A stretch of 64,000 nt of DNA, from IMG/VR virus record IMGVR_UViG_3300028048_000038, positions 32,001 through 96,000 of that record; one strand, written 5' to 3'. This document shows, in pieces, positions 18,041-27,777 of the stretch. This DNA is from a virus. Its lineage: Duplodnaviria; Caudoviricetes. Every line of letters starts with the position of its first letter. Within the stretch, counting starts at the first letter, position 1. The notes beneath the pieces are model-generated. The model was given only the letters and a program-made list of their open reading frames with translations. It was not told where the DNA came from and did no database searches. A program made the translations under genes and the position numbers.

Positions 18041-18211
18041 TCAATCTCTATTAAGTATCTGTGATTCACGTTCACCACAAATCACAAACTCCTTCAAATC
18101 CGCTTCTTCTGCTCTATTTCGAGCCTTTTCAAGTGCTTCCCCCTCATCCTTTGCATCTACCTCTGTGGTGTATGATGCGTTAAAATTACATTGAATTGTG
18201 TATTTTCCCAT
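18041..18211 (-). CDS. hypothetical protein (start MGKYT)
   Basis: Follows 18216..18557; terminator 17973-18000. Confidence 0.65.
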   Translation of the reverse strand: MGKYTIQCNFNASYTTEVDAKDEGEALEKARNRAEEADLKEFVICGERESQILNRD

Positions 18212-18215
18212 AGTA

Positions 18216-18557
18216 TTATGCTGCTTTCTTTGGTACGATTTCAACACCATCACGATATAAGGTGTTGAACGTGATTAAACAATGAATAACACCAATCTCA
18301 TCAAATGATTCAAGTTTCTTATCACTTATCTTATTGATGTAATCCTTAACAGCCGTAGCCATTTCTTCACTCTCCCTAACCGCTTTGAGAGTGGGATATT
18401 TCATGTCATATCTATGACCCTTATAGTTCTCACAATACGCATAACCATCGTAAATCTCAAATGGTATCTGTGTCTTGAAACCCTCGATGGAAAGTTTCTC
18501 AGTACCCACTTTCTTACCACATAGTTTCTCCCAAACCTTACTCTCGTTATCTACCAT
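18216..18557 (-). CDS. hypothetical protein (start MVDNE)
   Basis: Promoter at 18587 lies within the longer ORF call. Confidence 0.7.
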   Translation of the reverse strand: MVDNESKVWEKLCGKKVGTEKLSIEGFKTQIPFEIYDGYAYCENYKGHRYDMKYPTLKAVRESEEMATAVKDYINKISDKKLESFDEIGVIHCLITFNTLYRDGVEIVPKKAA

Positions 18558-18726
18558 TTCATTATTAATTTGATTAATTACTACTTTGGCAAAGATATAA
18601 AAAAAACGTGAGAATCCCAAGAATTTCACGTTAATTTTTGTTAAGGACAACAATGTATCGCCCATGTGCCACTTATAACCAATAATATGAGTAATATATA
18701 ATATATGGTCTCTATTACCTTATCAC

Positions 18727-18969
18727 TCATAATTTGCTATTAATTAAATTCAACATATCAGCATCAACATTCTTTGAATAAAGAGGAAATCTTTTATTCC
18801 TATAAAGAGCACCATCAATCTTAACTGAAATCATCACTTGGGTATAACCAACCCAACTCAACTTATTGCCGTTTGGCAACTCGATGTCAAGGTTGTGGCA
18901 ACCACCCTTAATAACACCCAACTTCTTTAATTTGGCAATAATCTCATTTACAATACTTTTCTTACTCAT
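18727..18969 (-). CDS. hypothetical protein
   Basis: AAGGAG leader; promoter 18997. Confidence 0.7.
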   Translation of the reverse strand: MSKKSIVNEIIAKLKKLGVIKGGCHNLDIELPNGNKLSWVGYTQVMISVKIDGALYRNKRFPLYSKNVDADMLNLINSKL

Positions 18970-19058
18970 ATCTCAATCTCCTTTATTGTTTCACAATGCA
19001 AATATACGAAATTATTTTGAATCTACCAAATTTTTTATGTTAAAAATGTGGTGGGGAA

Positions 19059-19880
19059 TTAAAATCCCCAATCCACATCACTCTCTTTGTCAAGATTAAT
19101 TACGAATGGTGTCTCTGGTGCTACAAAGTGCCCACTCTTATAATCGTTTGCGGTCTTATGGTAGTGCAATCCCATGATAGAACGCTTGGGGTCAAGATAG
19201 CGCATATCGTATTCATTTGCATCTACTACATCATAACCCCTAAACTTCTTGGGTAAGATACCCTTTTCAGAATAGAACACCACTGCGACCTTACCATCGT
19301 TCTGTAAGAACTTTTCGCACTCGTCCCAGTTATAACCATCATAACTGAATGTAAGGTCGTAATTCTTATAGGTCTCCAATAGTTTTGTCCTATTATAAAC
19401 TTTCGTGTAATCATAGAAAACTACATCATTGAACAACTCTAAGATGTTCTTACCAGTCTTGGGGTCTCTGAAAGCGAGTGGTGAAAGGTCGCTTGTGCCA
19501 TTGAGACGAACACTAAAACCATAACCCATACGCTTTGCCTTTTCACGTTTGCTCTCTATCTCATGAGTGAGCATATCCATGAATAAACCTCTATTCTCAT
19601 AGAACAACTTGGTTTTCTTGATACGTGAACGATTAATCTTAGAACCCTCAACACCACGAGCAAGTTCATCACACTTATTCTGCCCACTACCATTCAAACA
19701 GAACTCATGACAATGCTGCCCCTTTGGGCACACATTGTAGCCACTCATTTTCCAAGGAGCGAGGTACAAACAATATGTCATTGTTCCATGCTCATAAGAG
19801 AGACGCATTTTCATGCTCTGTGCAACACTACCTAAGTAACTAATTCCTAACTCTTTTTTTGCTTTGATGTAACCTAACAT
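19059..19880 (-). CDS. Gp88-like phage protein (Cys-rich, radical-SAM-related)
   Basis: NVCPKGQHCHEFCL, VRLNGTSD, FYDYTK motifs; start MLGYI after AAGGAG leader. Confidence 0.75.
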   Translation of the reverse strand: MLGYIKAKKELGISYLGSVAQSMKMRLSYEHGTMTYCLYLAPWKMSGYNVCPKGQHCHEFCLNGSGQNKCDELARGVEGSKINRSRIKKTKLFYENRGLFMDMLTHEIESKREKAKRMGYGFSVRLNGTSDLSPLAFRDPKTGKNILELFNDVVFYDYTKVYNRTKLLETYKNYDLTFSYDGYNWDECEKFLQNDGKVAVVFYSEKGILPKKFRGYDVVDANEYDMRYLDPKRSIMGLHYHKTANDYKSGHFVAPETPFVINLDKESDVDWGF

Positions 19881-20086
19881 AATCTTTATCTCCTTTTTAA
19901 TTGTTTCGTGATGCAAAGATACGAAAAAAAAATGGATTAACCAAAAGAAAAACCAATTATTTTCAATTTAAAATAAAATTTTTCTCTTTTCTTTATATAT
20001 AACATACTTTGCATATTGGGAGAACCAAATACATTCTCAAAAGTTCTATGAATAAGCCTACTCATTATCTTTCTACAAAAACAATA

Positions 20087-20461
20087 TTAATCTAAAATAA
20101 ATTTCACATCAGCCATTTGTGTGCCACAATCCTCCCTATTGCAAAGGATATTATAACCACTTAACAGATTTTCATCATAGATAGTTAATATCATATCATC
20201 ATCTATCCTCTCCCCACAATTAGGACAAGTGATAATGAAATCCTCATAGTTATTCAATGGGAAATATAATACTCCCATAGAAATGAGTAATTTCAATACC
20301 TTACTATTACACTCCCCATCATAGATAGCAAGCATACCATTCATTCCATCGTAACTATTGAATAACTTAAATGCCTTGCTATCTACCGCATCATTCATAA
20401 GCAATTCAATTTCCTCTGTGGGAATATATACTCTTATCCTATATGTCTTATTCACTACCAT
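20087..20461 (-). CDS. hypothetical protein with C-terminal Zn-ribbon
   Basis: CPNC...CNREDC. Confidence 0.7.
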   Translation of the reverse strand: MVVNKTYRIRVYIPTEEIELLMNDAVDSKAFKLFNSYDGMNGMLAIYDGECNSKVLKLLISMGVLYFPLNNYEDFIITCPNCGERIDDDMILTIYDENLLSGYNILCNREDCGTQMADVKFILD

Positions 20462-20462
20462 A

Positions 20463-20735
20463 TTAATCTATATCAATAGACATTTGCCACAAATAGGTTG
20501 CACCTACCTTATAAGGCTTGCCATTTGAAGACACCTTATTAACAAACTCCTTATCACCATATACATCGTGATAGTAACTATCTTTAGCAAAGGTATAAAT
20601 CACCTCAAAGGTAGAATAGCCAAATTCGTCTTTCTCGCTAATCTCCTTGACTGACTTCACCTTAACCTTAACATATCTGTAAGGCATCATGCAACCATCA
20701 CAAGTATTCAATCTCGGTTTTCTTTTTTTCATCAT
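20463..20735 (-). CDS. hypothetical protein
   Basis: Promoter at 20754. Confidence 0.7.
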   Translation of the reverse strand: MMKKRKPRLNTCDGCMMPYRYVKVKVKSVKEISEKDEFGYSTFEVIYTFAKDSYYHDVYGDKEFVNKVSSNGKPYKVGATYLWQMSIDID

Positions 20736-20825
20736 AATCTAAATCTTTAACAATGCAAAGATACGAAATTATTTTGAAATAACAAAGAAAAATCCCCACT
20801 TTTTTAAGATGGGGATTAATTTTCT

Positions 20826-21923
20826 TTAGGCTGCTGCGAGACAAAGGTCAAATGTTTTCTGCACCTTTTTGTAGATGTTGCCATCTAAGATGCTATCGAA
20901 CTTGATTTCCTCGCTACGTTCTGTGGCTTCATTCTGATAGTAAGAGGTCAAACCATTCATCAGCCATAACGCTGTTCCACGCTCTTGACCCTCTTGACCT
21001 ACACCACTCTCCAAGCACTCCTTAACACCTAAGAAGATGTTACGTCCACGAGTCTTGATTGCATCGCTATAAATGTTGTGATTCTCCAAGAAATCCTTTG
21101 CAGCCTCTGGTGCCAACACAACCTCTGCAATGATGTTATCAAGGTCTCTCTCAGCCAACTTGATGTTGCGTAAGTGTTCAAAACTCTCTTTCAACCCATT
21201 TGCATATACATTGGCTACATTAAGAGCCTTATAAGCAAACTCAGCGTTTTCCTTATTCAAGAGGTCAAGACGTGACATCACCTTTGATGAATGACGGAAA
21301 GCAATACGACCAATGTTGTTCTTCATTGCCCAATTCAGCGTATTGTTACATACCACACGAACTGGTGTAACCATGCAGCGAACTGAACCAGTACCATCAT
21401 GTGAGGTGGTGAACACCACATACATATCTACGAGGTCATCACGCTTTGCATCCAAGACAATGCTCTGTGGGAACTTTGCGGTAACAAACACACGCTCACC
21501 ATTACCAAGCACACCACAAGTCTCAATCACTGGGGTATTGTCTCTATCAGCAAACTTACCGCTACAGAACATATCCACGAACTTGAAAGCGTCCTCGTTC
21601 TGTACGATACCATACTTATCAGATACGATGCCAAGGCTCTTGTTGCTATCGAGACGCATTGTAGCCATAGTGTTGTCCACAAGCAGACTCTTTAACATTG
21701 CAGCGTTGATAAACTCGCCATTGTCCATAGCATTACGTAACTCGTCAGAGAGGGCTATCACTGGCTGCAAACCTACGTTGTAATCAGCGTGACAAAGTTT
21801 CAACGCATCCTTCACGAACATTGGTTCATCTACCACTTGTCCAAGTCCATGCCAAGCACGCTCTCTACGTCCGTTCTCTGCAAAACTTGCACCTCTCTCT
21901 GTAATCTCAATCATTGCGCTCAT
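20826..21923 (-). CDS. DUF932 / TIGR03299-like phage-plasmid protein
   Basis: AWHGLG, YGIVQN..AF, SHDGTGS, TPVRVVCNNTL, GTALWLMNGLT motifs. Confidence 0.85.
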   Translation of the reverse strand: MSAMIEITERGASFAENGRRERAWHGLGQVVDEPMFVKDALKLCHADYNVGLQPVIALSDELRNAMDNGEFINAAMLKSLLVDNTMATMRLDSNKSLGIVSDKYGIVQNEDAFKFVDMFCSGKFADRDNTPVIETCGVLGNGERVFVTAKFPQSIVLDAKRDDLVDMYVVFTTSHDGTGSVRCMVTPVRVVCNNTLNWAMKNNIGRIAFRHSSKVMSRLDLLNKENAEFAYKALNVANVYANGLKESFEHLRNIKLAERDLDNIIAEVVLAPEAAKDFLENHNIYSDAIKTRGRNIFLGVKECLESGVGQEGQERGTALWLMNGLTSYYQNEATERSEEIKFDSILDGNIYKKVQKTFDLCLAAA

Positions 21924-22045
21924 AACTAATCTCCTTTTCTTTTAATTGTTAATAACTGATATATTTTCTATCTCGATGCAAAGATACAAAAACTTTTTGA
22001 ATCTACCAAATTTTTTCTTAAAAATCTTCAATTGATTAATGATTT

Positions 22046-22471
22046 TTAATAAGGATAATCTATTTCCTTAAAATAATCAATAATCTTCTTTGAGGTCTCT
22101 GCTGCATACTTGTTTCTTGGGTCAAAACAACCATTCTCACAATTCTCAGCCAATGACTTGATATATTCCAAACATACCTTGAACATTTCATTCTGCAAAT
22201 ATCTATGCTCACGGCACATTCTCTCTGCTACCTTTTTCTTGCTGCGGCATTTACCATTCACAAAGTTGCCAAAGAAACGTGCAAACACATCATCGTTATC
22301 TTCGCCACATCGAGGGCAAAGGTCATAGGTGAATCTCTCAATTACCTTGTTCTTTAAGAACTCTTTATCCTCTTCTGATGTGCTATCAGAATTGATAAGG
22401 TAAATGAGGTCACTATTACTTAATTCGTAACTCTCATACTCTCTTCCGTTAATTGTGAATTTCTTGCTCAT
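22046..22471 (-). CDS. hypothetical protein (start MSKKF)
   Basis: AAGGAG leader; promoter 22496. Confidence 0.75.
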   Translation of the reverse strand: MSKKFTINGREYESYELSNSDLIYLINSDSTSEEDKEFLKNKVIERFTYDLCPRCGEDNDDVFARFFGNFVNGKCRSKKKVAERMCREHRYLQNEMFKVCLEYIKSLAENCENGCFDPRNKYAAETSKKIIDYFKEIDYPY

Positions 22472-22649
22472 ATCTCCTTGAATTTTAATTTGCGATGCAA
22501 AGATACGAAATTCCCAGCACATGACCAAGAAAAATACCAAAAAAATTACGTTCAATTGAAAATATTTCCACTTTCTTTACAAAAACCATATATACCTTTT
22601 ATAATATATTATATAGGGGAAAATTAAATTTAAAATAAATCCATTATTA

Positions 22650-22683
22650 TTTGGTTATTCCAATTAAATTTCGTATCTTTGCA
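22650..22683 (+). promoter_or_regulatory. rightward Bacteroidota-type promoter (divergence point)
   Basis: TTTGG...TTTCGTATCTTTGCA with 24-nt offset. Confidence 0.85.
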
Positions 22684-22697
22684 AAAAATTTAGAGAC

Positions 22698-22916
22698 ATG
22701 GATAAGAATAGTAATGTAAGAGTAGTGTGTTTACCAATGAGCCAATATGATAAGGAATGGCTTGATACCCTTAAAGATGAAGAACTAAGCGAAACAGCGT
22801 GTGCTGATGGTTTTTCTCTTATTTATGGAGACCTTAAAGAGTTCCAAGAGGCTCTCAATTTGTCTTCTGGAGTTGATATTGTACGTAATTATTGGATTTA
22901 TTTCTTAAATGACTAA
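22698..22916 (+). CDS. hypothetical protein
   Basis: Directly after the plus-strand promoter. Confidence 0.7.
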   Translation: MDKNSNVRVVCLPMSQYDKEWLDTLKDEELSETACADGFSLIYGDLKEFQEALNLSSGVDIVRNYWIYFLND

Positions 22917-22954
22917 GGAATAAACTATATAAGGTTACACCAAATTTTGAATAT

Positions 22955-23287
22955 ATGAATAGAATTGAATTAAAGAAAGCAAGACTACAATTGTATAAAC
23001 CATCACCCACAAAGTTTCAACTTGTGGCTAAATTGGATGACCTTATTACACATTGTCATGGTAATAATATACGAGTTAATGGGCTTAGATTCGATTCAAA
23101 CTCATTCAAAGTCGGAGAACTATACGTGAGGATGATTGAAGTTAAACCAAATGACATCGCCCATGTATTGATACATTGGTATCCAAATTACCAAATATCT
23201 AACCAATCTGACCCATTCTGCTCTGCATACATCATGGAACAATGGGAAATTGAATTAATACTAAATAAATTAAGAAACATTTTGTAA
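22955..23287 (+). CDS. hypothetical protein
   Basis: 110-aa ORF. Confidence 0.7.
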   Translation: MNRIELKKARLQLYKPSPTKFQLVAKLDDLITHCHGNNIRVNGLRFDSNSFKVGELYVRMIEVKPNDIAHVLIHWYPNYQISNQSDPFCSAYIMEQWEIELILNKLRNIL

Positions 23288-23474
23288 CCAAAAATATATA
23301 AAATGGTTGCAAAGTGTTACTGACGCACATACGAAAATTTTTCAAAGTGTAAGGTAAATAATAAAAATACTTTACACAATGTTGCTGTTGTACATCATTT
23401 CACTGATGTTCAATGGTAACAACGTTGCCGTTGTACTTTTTTAAGTCTAATATATCCAAATAATGGTTAATATA

Positions 23475-23508
23475 TTTGGTTATTCCAAATATTTTGTATA
23501 TCTTTGCA
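23475..23508 (+). promoter_or_regulatory. rightward Bacteroidota-type promoter
   Basis: TTTG at 23475, TATCTTTG at 23499. Confidence 0.8.
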
Positions 23509-23548
23509 TTATATAATATATTAACTTAATTAACTTAGAGATAATATT

Positions 23549-23818
23549 ATGGCGTATTTTAAGATTAGTGAACCAAATAAACCCATTAAATGGATTAAGG
23601 AGGTTGATAGTGCAAATGGAACATTGTCGTTCCAAAACTCAAGAGACGGAGCACACTATGAAGATGAAGGTTTCTTCGCTGACTCAGAGTTGGATTATAT
23701 CAAGTTCCATTTTAAGGAGAAGTATCCAGAACTAGAGTATGTAACCATCGATAGCGAATATGATGAGGATTACGATGGCGAAGACAATTGGGATTTGGAA
23801 GCTCCTGTTGTGGGATAG
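23549..23818 (+). CDS. hypothetical acidic protein (paralog of 23864..24082)
   Basis: Aligned pattern K..D..N....F......A..Y...A..E...I/L..H.K....ELE. Confidence 0.75.
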   Translation: MAYFKISEPNKPIKWIKEVDSANGTLSFQNSRDGAHYEDEGFFADSELDYIKFHFKEKYPELEYVTIDSEYDEDYDGEDNWDLEAPVVG

Positions 23819-23863
23819 CTGTACTTTTTTAAGTCTAAATAACTAAATTAATACTATATAACT

Positions 23864-24082
23864 ATGGCAAAAGGTGTAGCAAAAAACGATGATGGCTTAA
23901 TGGTTAAGTCATACGATGTTGATAATAGTGAGGTGGAATTCACCACCAATATTAAAGAGGCATATAACTATGGTGCTCTAGGTGAATGGGACGCAAAGAC
24001 TGAAATAGAATTCCTTGTACATCACCTTAAGAATGAGCATAAAGAACTAGAAACCATGAAATATACTATAGTACCTTGTTAA
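23864..24082 (+). CDS. hypothetical protein (paralog of 23549..23818)
   Basis: Same pattern; TTNIKEA resembles TTNINSA of the next gene. Confidence 0.75.
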   Translation: MAKGVAKNDDGLMVKSYDVDNSEVEFTTNIKEAYNYGALGEWDAKTEIEFLVHHLKNEHKELETMKYTIVPC

Positions 24083-24115
24083 TAACAAATTGGTGTTGTA
24101 CTTTTTTAAGTCTAA

Positions 24116-24328
24116 ATGAATAATAAGGTAAAACTTGAATTCACATTTAAGGGGAGAAAGAATACATACTTTAGAAGAATGGATGCCTTCGGTAAACCCC
24201 TTACAACCACAAATATTAATAGTGCTAAATTGATAAAAGAATCTGAAATACCTTCAATCCTTAAATCAATGATTAAGGAATATGGTAAAGAAAGTATTAC
24301 AGATGTAAAACCAATAAAAGAAGGATGA
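24116..24328 (+). CDS. hypothetical protein
   Basis: Followed by terminator hairpin 24319-24356. Confidence 0.7.
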   Translation: MNNKVKLEFTFKGRKNTYFRRMDAFGKPLTTTNINSAKLIKESEIPSILKSMIKEYGKESITDVKPIKEG

Positions 24329-24390
24329 GTATATTAATCTATACCCATCCTTTTTTATATCAATAACCCTACTTGTACTTTTTTAAGTAC

Positions 24391-24921
24391 TTATCCAAAC
24401 CATCTTCCCTCTGGTTCAAATACCGTTTCCATATGCTTCATATGTGGTGCTCTAGTAATCGCCACATTATACGGCTCTCTATCCTCACTGCCACGATTAA
24501 CTGTAAAAGGGACTGTAGATGCCTTCTTGCTACCCTCCTCAATAGCCTTGGTTAACTCAGTGTAACTGTTCTTGATTATGATATCCCTCTCACCCTTTTT
24601 GCATGCAACATATGGATGCTTCATGTGAGATAGAACCTCACGCTGCCAACTAGCCAAATATATTTGACAATCATTCAAGAACTTCTCAAATGCCTTTAAT
24701 GTGTAATATGTCTTGGGAGTCCTTGTGGTATCTGACCACTCATAGAAATATATACAACCAATATAATAATCATTGCTGTTGAATAAATTGGGCTGAAATG
24801 GTCTATGTGTTACTGGAAGTATCCCTCCACCACAATATCCACTAGGTTTATTCTTTTCCTCTGATACCCTCTTTAAATGGGCATGAAATAAATTCTTTAA
24901 TTCCTTACTTAAATTTGCCAT
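24391..24921 (-). CDS. hypothetical protein (paralog of 24932..25654)
   Basis: Shared LFHxHL N-terminus and I.FY...TL.AF..F...SY..L core. Confidence 0.75.
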   Translation of the reverse strand: MANLSKELKNLFHAHLKRVSEEKNKPSGYCGGGILPVTHRPFQPNLFNSNDYYIGCIYFYEWSDTTRTPKTYYTLKAFEKFLNDCQIYLASWQREVLSHMKHPYVACKKGERDIIIKNSYTELTKAIEEGSKKASTVPFTVNRGSEDREPYNVAITRAPHMKHMETVFEPEGRWFG

Positions 24922-24931
24922 ATCATTTCTA

Positions 24932-25654
24932 TCATTGACTTAATTCCTCAACTGGACATATCTTATATCTCAAATCACCATATGATTCATCTGCCACAAT
25001 CTGCAATATACCATCCTCACGTAACTGAGGGTCTAGACATGTGTGACTTAACCTACGATAAGCAATGTCCATACCTACATCACTCGGAACATCATAACCC
25101 TCATCAGAACAAAACTCACTGAATGCTATCAATGTGTTGAACTCCAATCTATCACTCTTGTTCCTATAGTCTGGATAAAACCATATCACCTTGCCATCAT
25201 CAATACCACTTGTCTCAATGTCATCATAGCCATATTCACTAGGACTCTCCTCATATCCACTATAAGGAGTCGTAATGTCTATCACCCTAGCTTTACTCTT
25301 TCCTCTGCTACCCCTCTTGTGTTTCTTCTTCTCCTTTCTATTCAATTTCTCCAATGTATCCCAATAATCACCATATGGGTCAATACCCCTTGACTTCCGC
25401 ATGGAATGAGAAACAGATGTTGGAGGCCATACAGCATCAAAGTCATCTTCATCATCAGACTCAAGACCAGGGAAGATGATTCCTTGCTGTATCAAATACT
25501 GAACCTCATCATCATCTGCCCAATCATAATTGCTTGCCCTTCTTGTCCTAGGATACATCCTACGATATTCATATACCTCATCAAGATGCTCATGAAATAA
25601 ATCATGAAGAGCATCACGCATATTATCCAATGGTATCTTTATCTTCTTCGACAT
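24932..25654 (-). CDS. hypothetical protein
   Basis: Promoter at 25682; paralog of 24391..24921. Confidence 0.8.
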   Translation of the reverse strand: MSKKIKIPLDNMRDALHDLFHEHLDEVYEYRRMYPRTRRASNYDWADDDEVQYLIQQGIIFPGLESDDEDDFDAVWPPTSVSHSMRKSRGIDPYGDYWDTLEKLNRKEKKKHKRGSRGKSKARVIDITTPYSGYEESPSEYGYDDIETSGIDDGKVIWFYPDYRNKSDRLEFNTLIAFSEFCSDEGYDVPSDVGMDIAYRRLSHTCLDPQLREDGILQIVADESYGDLRYKICPVEELSQ

Positions 25655-25659
25655 TCTAT

Positions 25660-26083
25660 TATCTACATTTTATTATATCATTGCAAATATATGGAAAATA
25701 TATCGATTTTCCAAATATTATTAATACATTTTATATATTGTTAACAACAATAACATAACACTTACCAAATTTTTCTCTGGAATAAAAAGACAACAGTTTA
25801 TTTCCACTATTTTTAATATATATTTCCCTATATTCAATATATTTTTAATGTTTATTTTCAATGTATATTTCCCTTACATTTAATGTATATTCATACAACT
25901 ATTTTCCTTAAGCATGAATACTTTATTTCCTCATGAAAACGTTTATTAGAAGGGCATTACACAAATATATAGAATATACCAAAAAAATTATTTGATGGTA
26001 TAAAATTTACCATATTGGTTATCAACGAGTTACGAGCATTTCACACGAAAAAATTTGGTAGAAGTGAAAATTTACGATACGTT
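25660..26083. other. AT-rich intergenic region at a local GC-skew inversion; candidate replication origin or genome junction
   Basis: TATTT(T)CC repeated at 25799, 25821, 25866, 25900, 25924; plus strand C-rich to the left, G-rich to the right. Confidence 0.4.
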
Positions 26084-26326
26084 TTATGTAGTTATTTCTT
26101 CTTCTATTATTTTATTTATTGCTTTAGTGGTTGAGTTGAGTGTAATTTGTCCATAGTTTTTGAGGTAGTCTTCTGCTTTGAATTTGATATTGCAAGCTTC
26201 GTCTATATTGCATGAATATTTTTTCATGACTTCGTTAATTGGGTCTAGTAGGTCTCCTATTAGAATTGATATATTATTATAGTTTTTGAGTAGGTTATTG
26301 ATTCTATTTTTATTATCTTGTATCAT
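26084..26326 (-). CDS. hypothetical protein
   Basis: N/I/K-rich ORF. Confidence 0.6.
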   Translation of the reverse strand: MIQDNKNRINNLLKNYNNISILIGDLLDPINEVMKKYSCNIDEACNIKFKAEDYLKNYGQITLNSTTKAINKIIEEEITT

Positions 26327-26341
26327 ATTACGTTTATGTAT

Positions 26342-26806
26342 TTACAGTTTTTTGAGTTGTGCTAATAGTATTTTATATTTGAGTGCTTTATATGCTGTTG
26401 TTGGTGTTGTATTATTAAGATAATGGTTAGGGATAAATTTTGGATTGGTACTGATGACCTCTTGTATTGTACTATTTTTGATATAGTGTTTTTTAATGAA
26501 TCTTTCAATATCTTGTTTATTTGTGCTAATGATGTATTGTTTTGTTATTGTTGGTATGATGTATGTATTATTATTGTGTTGTAGTTGTTGTATTGGTATA
26601 ATGAGTTTAAAGTTTACTCCCACGATAATGGCATTCTCATTATTATCATCTATTGTAAACATTCTTACTTTTATTTTTCTAAGTATTGGTTCTGCATAAT
26701 AGATATTTTTGGTTGAGAAGTCGCAGTAATAGAATCTAGAATTTTTGAATTTGGTATGTATATTGATTATATCATTATTATTACCATTAATAATTTTTTT
26801 CTTCAT
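26342..26806 (-). CDS. hypothetical protein
   Basis: N/I/K/T-rich ORF. Confidence 0.65.
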   Translation of the reverse strand: MKKKIINGNNNDIINIHTKFKNSRFYYCDFSTKNIYYAEPILRKIKVRMFTIDDNNENAIIVGVNFKLIIPIQQLQHNNNTYIIPTITKQYIISTNKQDIERFIKKHYIKNSTIQEVISTNPKFIPNHYLNNTTPTTAYKALKYKILLAQLKKL

Positions 26807-26838
26807 GGGTTCTTTTTTTAGTATTACTTAGTTATTAC

Positions 26839-27264
26839 TCATGATATTATGATATCTTTCAACTGTTCTATAGCCTTTCTATAGGCAGTAGAGCACTCCC
26901 ATCCATACACGCCATACATAGGCATATTCTGTTTAAATGGCAGCATTCTATCATTCCTAAAATATTCCCATAGTAATGTTTTCCTACAATATTTGAGTGC
27001 ATTTTCTCTCGAATCGGTCAAAGCCCATCCATGTGCTAGAGTGAGCCAATGTTCGTAATGTGTGCATAGGTTTGTGAACAAACAAGTAGAATGGATTGGG
27101 GTGTCATTGAAACACAGCCCATTTTCTCCAATCACTCTATAGTCCAATAATGTGCTAGGTGAGGAGAAATCTGGTCGGTTTACCACTCTTATTGCGTGTA
27201 TTCCTATATACATTTTTTCAATTCTCACCATCACATATCTTTTACCTTTTTCAATCTTCAGCAT
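26839..27264 (-). CDS. hypothetical protein
   Basis: ORF in a tightly packed operon. Confidence 0.65.
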   Translation of the reverse strand: MLKIEKGKRYVMVRIEKMYIGIHAIRVVNRPDFSSPSTLLDYRVIGENGLCFNDTPIHSTCLFTNLCTHYEHWLTLAHGWALTDSRENALKYCRKTLLWEYFRNDRMLPFKQNMPMYGVYGWECSTAYRKAIEQLKDIIIS

Positions 27265-27276
27265 ATTTGATGATAC

Positions 27277-27771
27277 TCATGACAAGTATGTATAAAAATT
27301 ATCTCTAAACTGTGTTTTTGTCCATTGTCTTATTAATTCTTTCCACATTCTGATTCTCCTTCGTCTTGTTGCCTCATTTCCCTTAACCTTGAATGCCTCG
27401 CTCTTGAGAGCCTTTATTGCTGCCCTTATATCGGTGCAGAGGTACACATATTCATCATACGTATCACTCGATTTAACGATAGAGACGGTGATTATAGGTT
27501 CTTTATTTCCCTCAATGCGAAATGCTTGTATTGCAAGATTACGGTGGGATATTGGATATGGGAATTCAACTGAGATATTCACTTGACGTGGTATTGAATA
27601 TTCCAATAGGTATTGCTTTACACCGAAAACTGATAAGGGTTCATGTTCGGCTACTGCCTTTTGAAACCAGAAGTGCCATGTGCTGTCGTTGCAGAAGTCT
27701 TTTTTATAAGCTGTGAGTCTCACTTGATAGAATACAGTTCCTTTTTTTATAGTTTTTTCGTTTAATACCAT
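27277..27771 (-). CDS. hypothetical protein
   Basis: ORF in a tightly packed operon. Confidence 0.65.
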   Translation of the reverse strand: MVLNEKTIKKGTVFYQVRLTAYKKDFCNDSTWHFWFQKAVAEHEPLSVFGVKQYLLEYSIPRQVNISVEFPYPISHRNLAIQAFRIEGNKEPIITVSIVKSSDTYDEYVYLCTDIRAAIKALKSEAFKVKGNEATRRRRIRMWKELIRQWTKTQFRDNFYTYLS

Positions 27772-27777
27772 TTTATA

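Larger units (their letters stand above)
1125..22530 (-). promoter_or_regulatory. Array of about 31 near-identical Bacteroidota sigma-A-type promoters (sense TTTGG...TTTCGTATCTTTGCA), one per 1-3 genes
   Basis: Plus-strand tgcaaagatacgaaa...ccaaa at about 1125, 1458, 1927, 2325, 3012, 4073, 4916, 6039, 6611, 6858, 7122, 8183, 8664, 9288, 10162, 10984, 12227, 12802, 13919, 14299, 15513, 16003, 16416, 17147, 17883, 18587, 18997, 19912, 20754, 21977, 22496; fits the -33 TTTG / -7 TAnnTTTG consensus, 24-nt offset in the copies checked. Confidence 0.9.
23432..24390 (+). repeat. four copies of TGTACTTTTTTAAGT(CTAA) at gene boundaries
   Basis: Exact 19-mers at 23432, 23820, 24097; 15-nt core at 24374. 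Confidence 0.9.

Noticed and set aside
1125-22530. CRISPR array suggested by the recurring tgcaaagatacgaaa motif
   Set aside because: Spacing is irregular (250-1300 bp), intervals contain genes, and the motif matches the Bacteroidota -7 promoter box
26016-26033. TGGTTATCAACGAGTTAC resembling motifs near Bacteroidota mobile-element ends
   Set aside because: Single copy with no integrase or att duplication in the window
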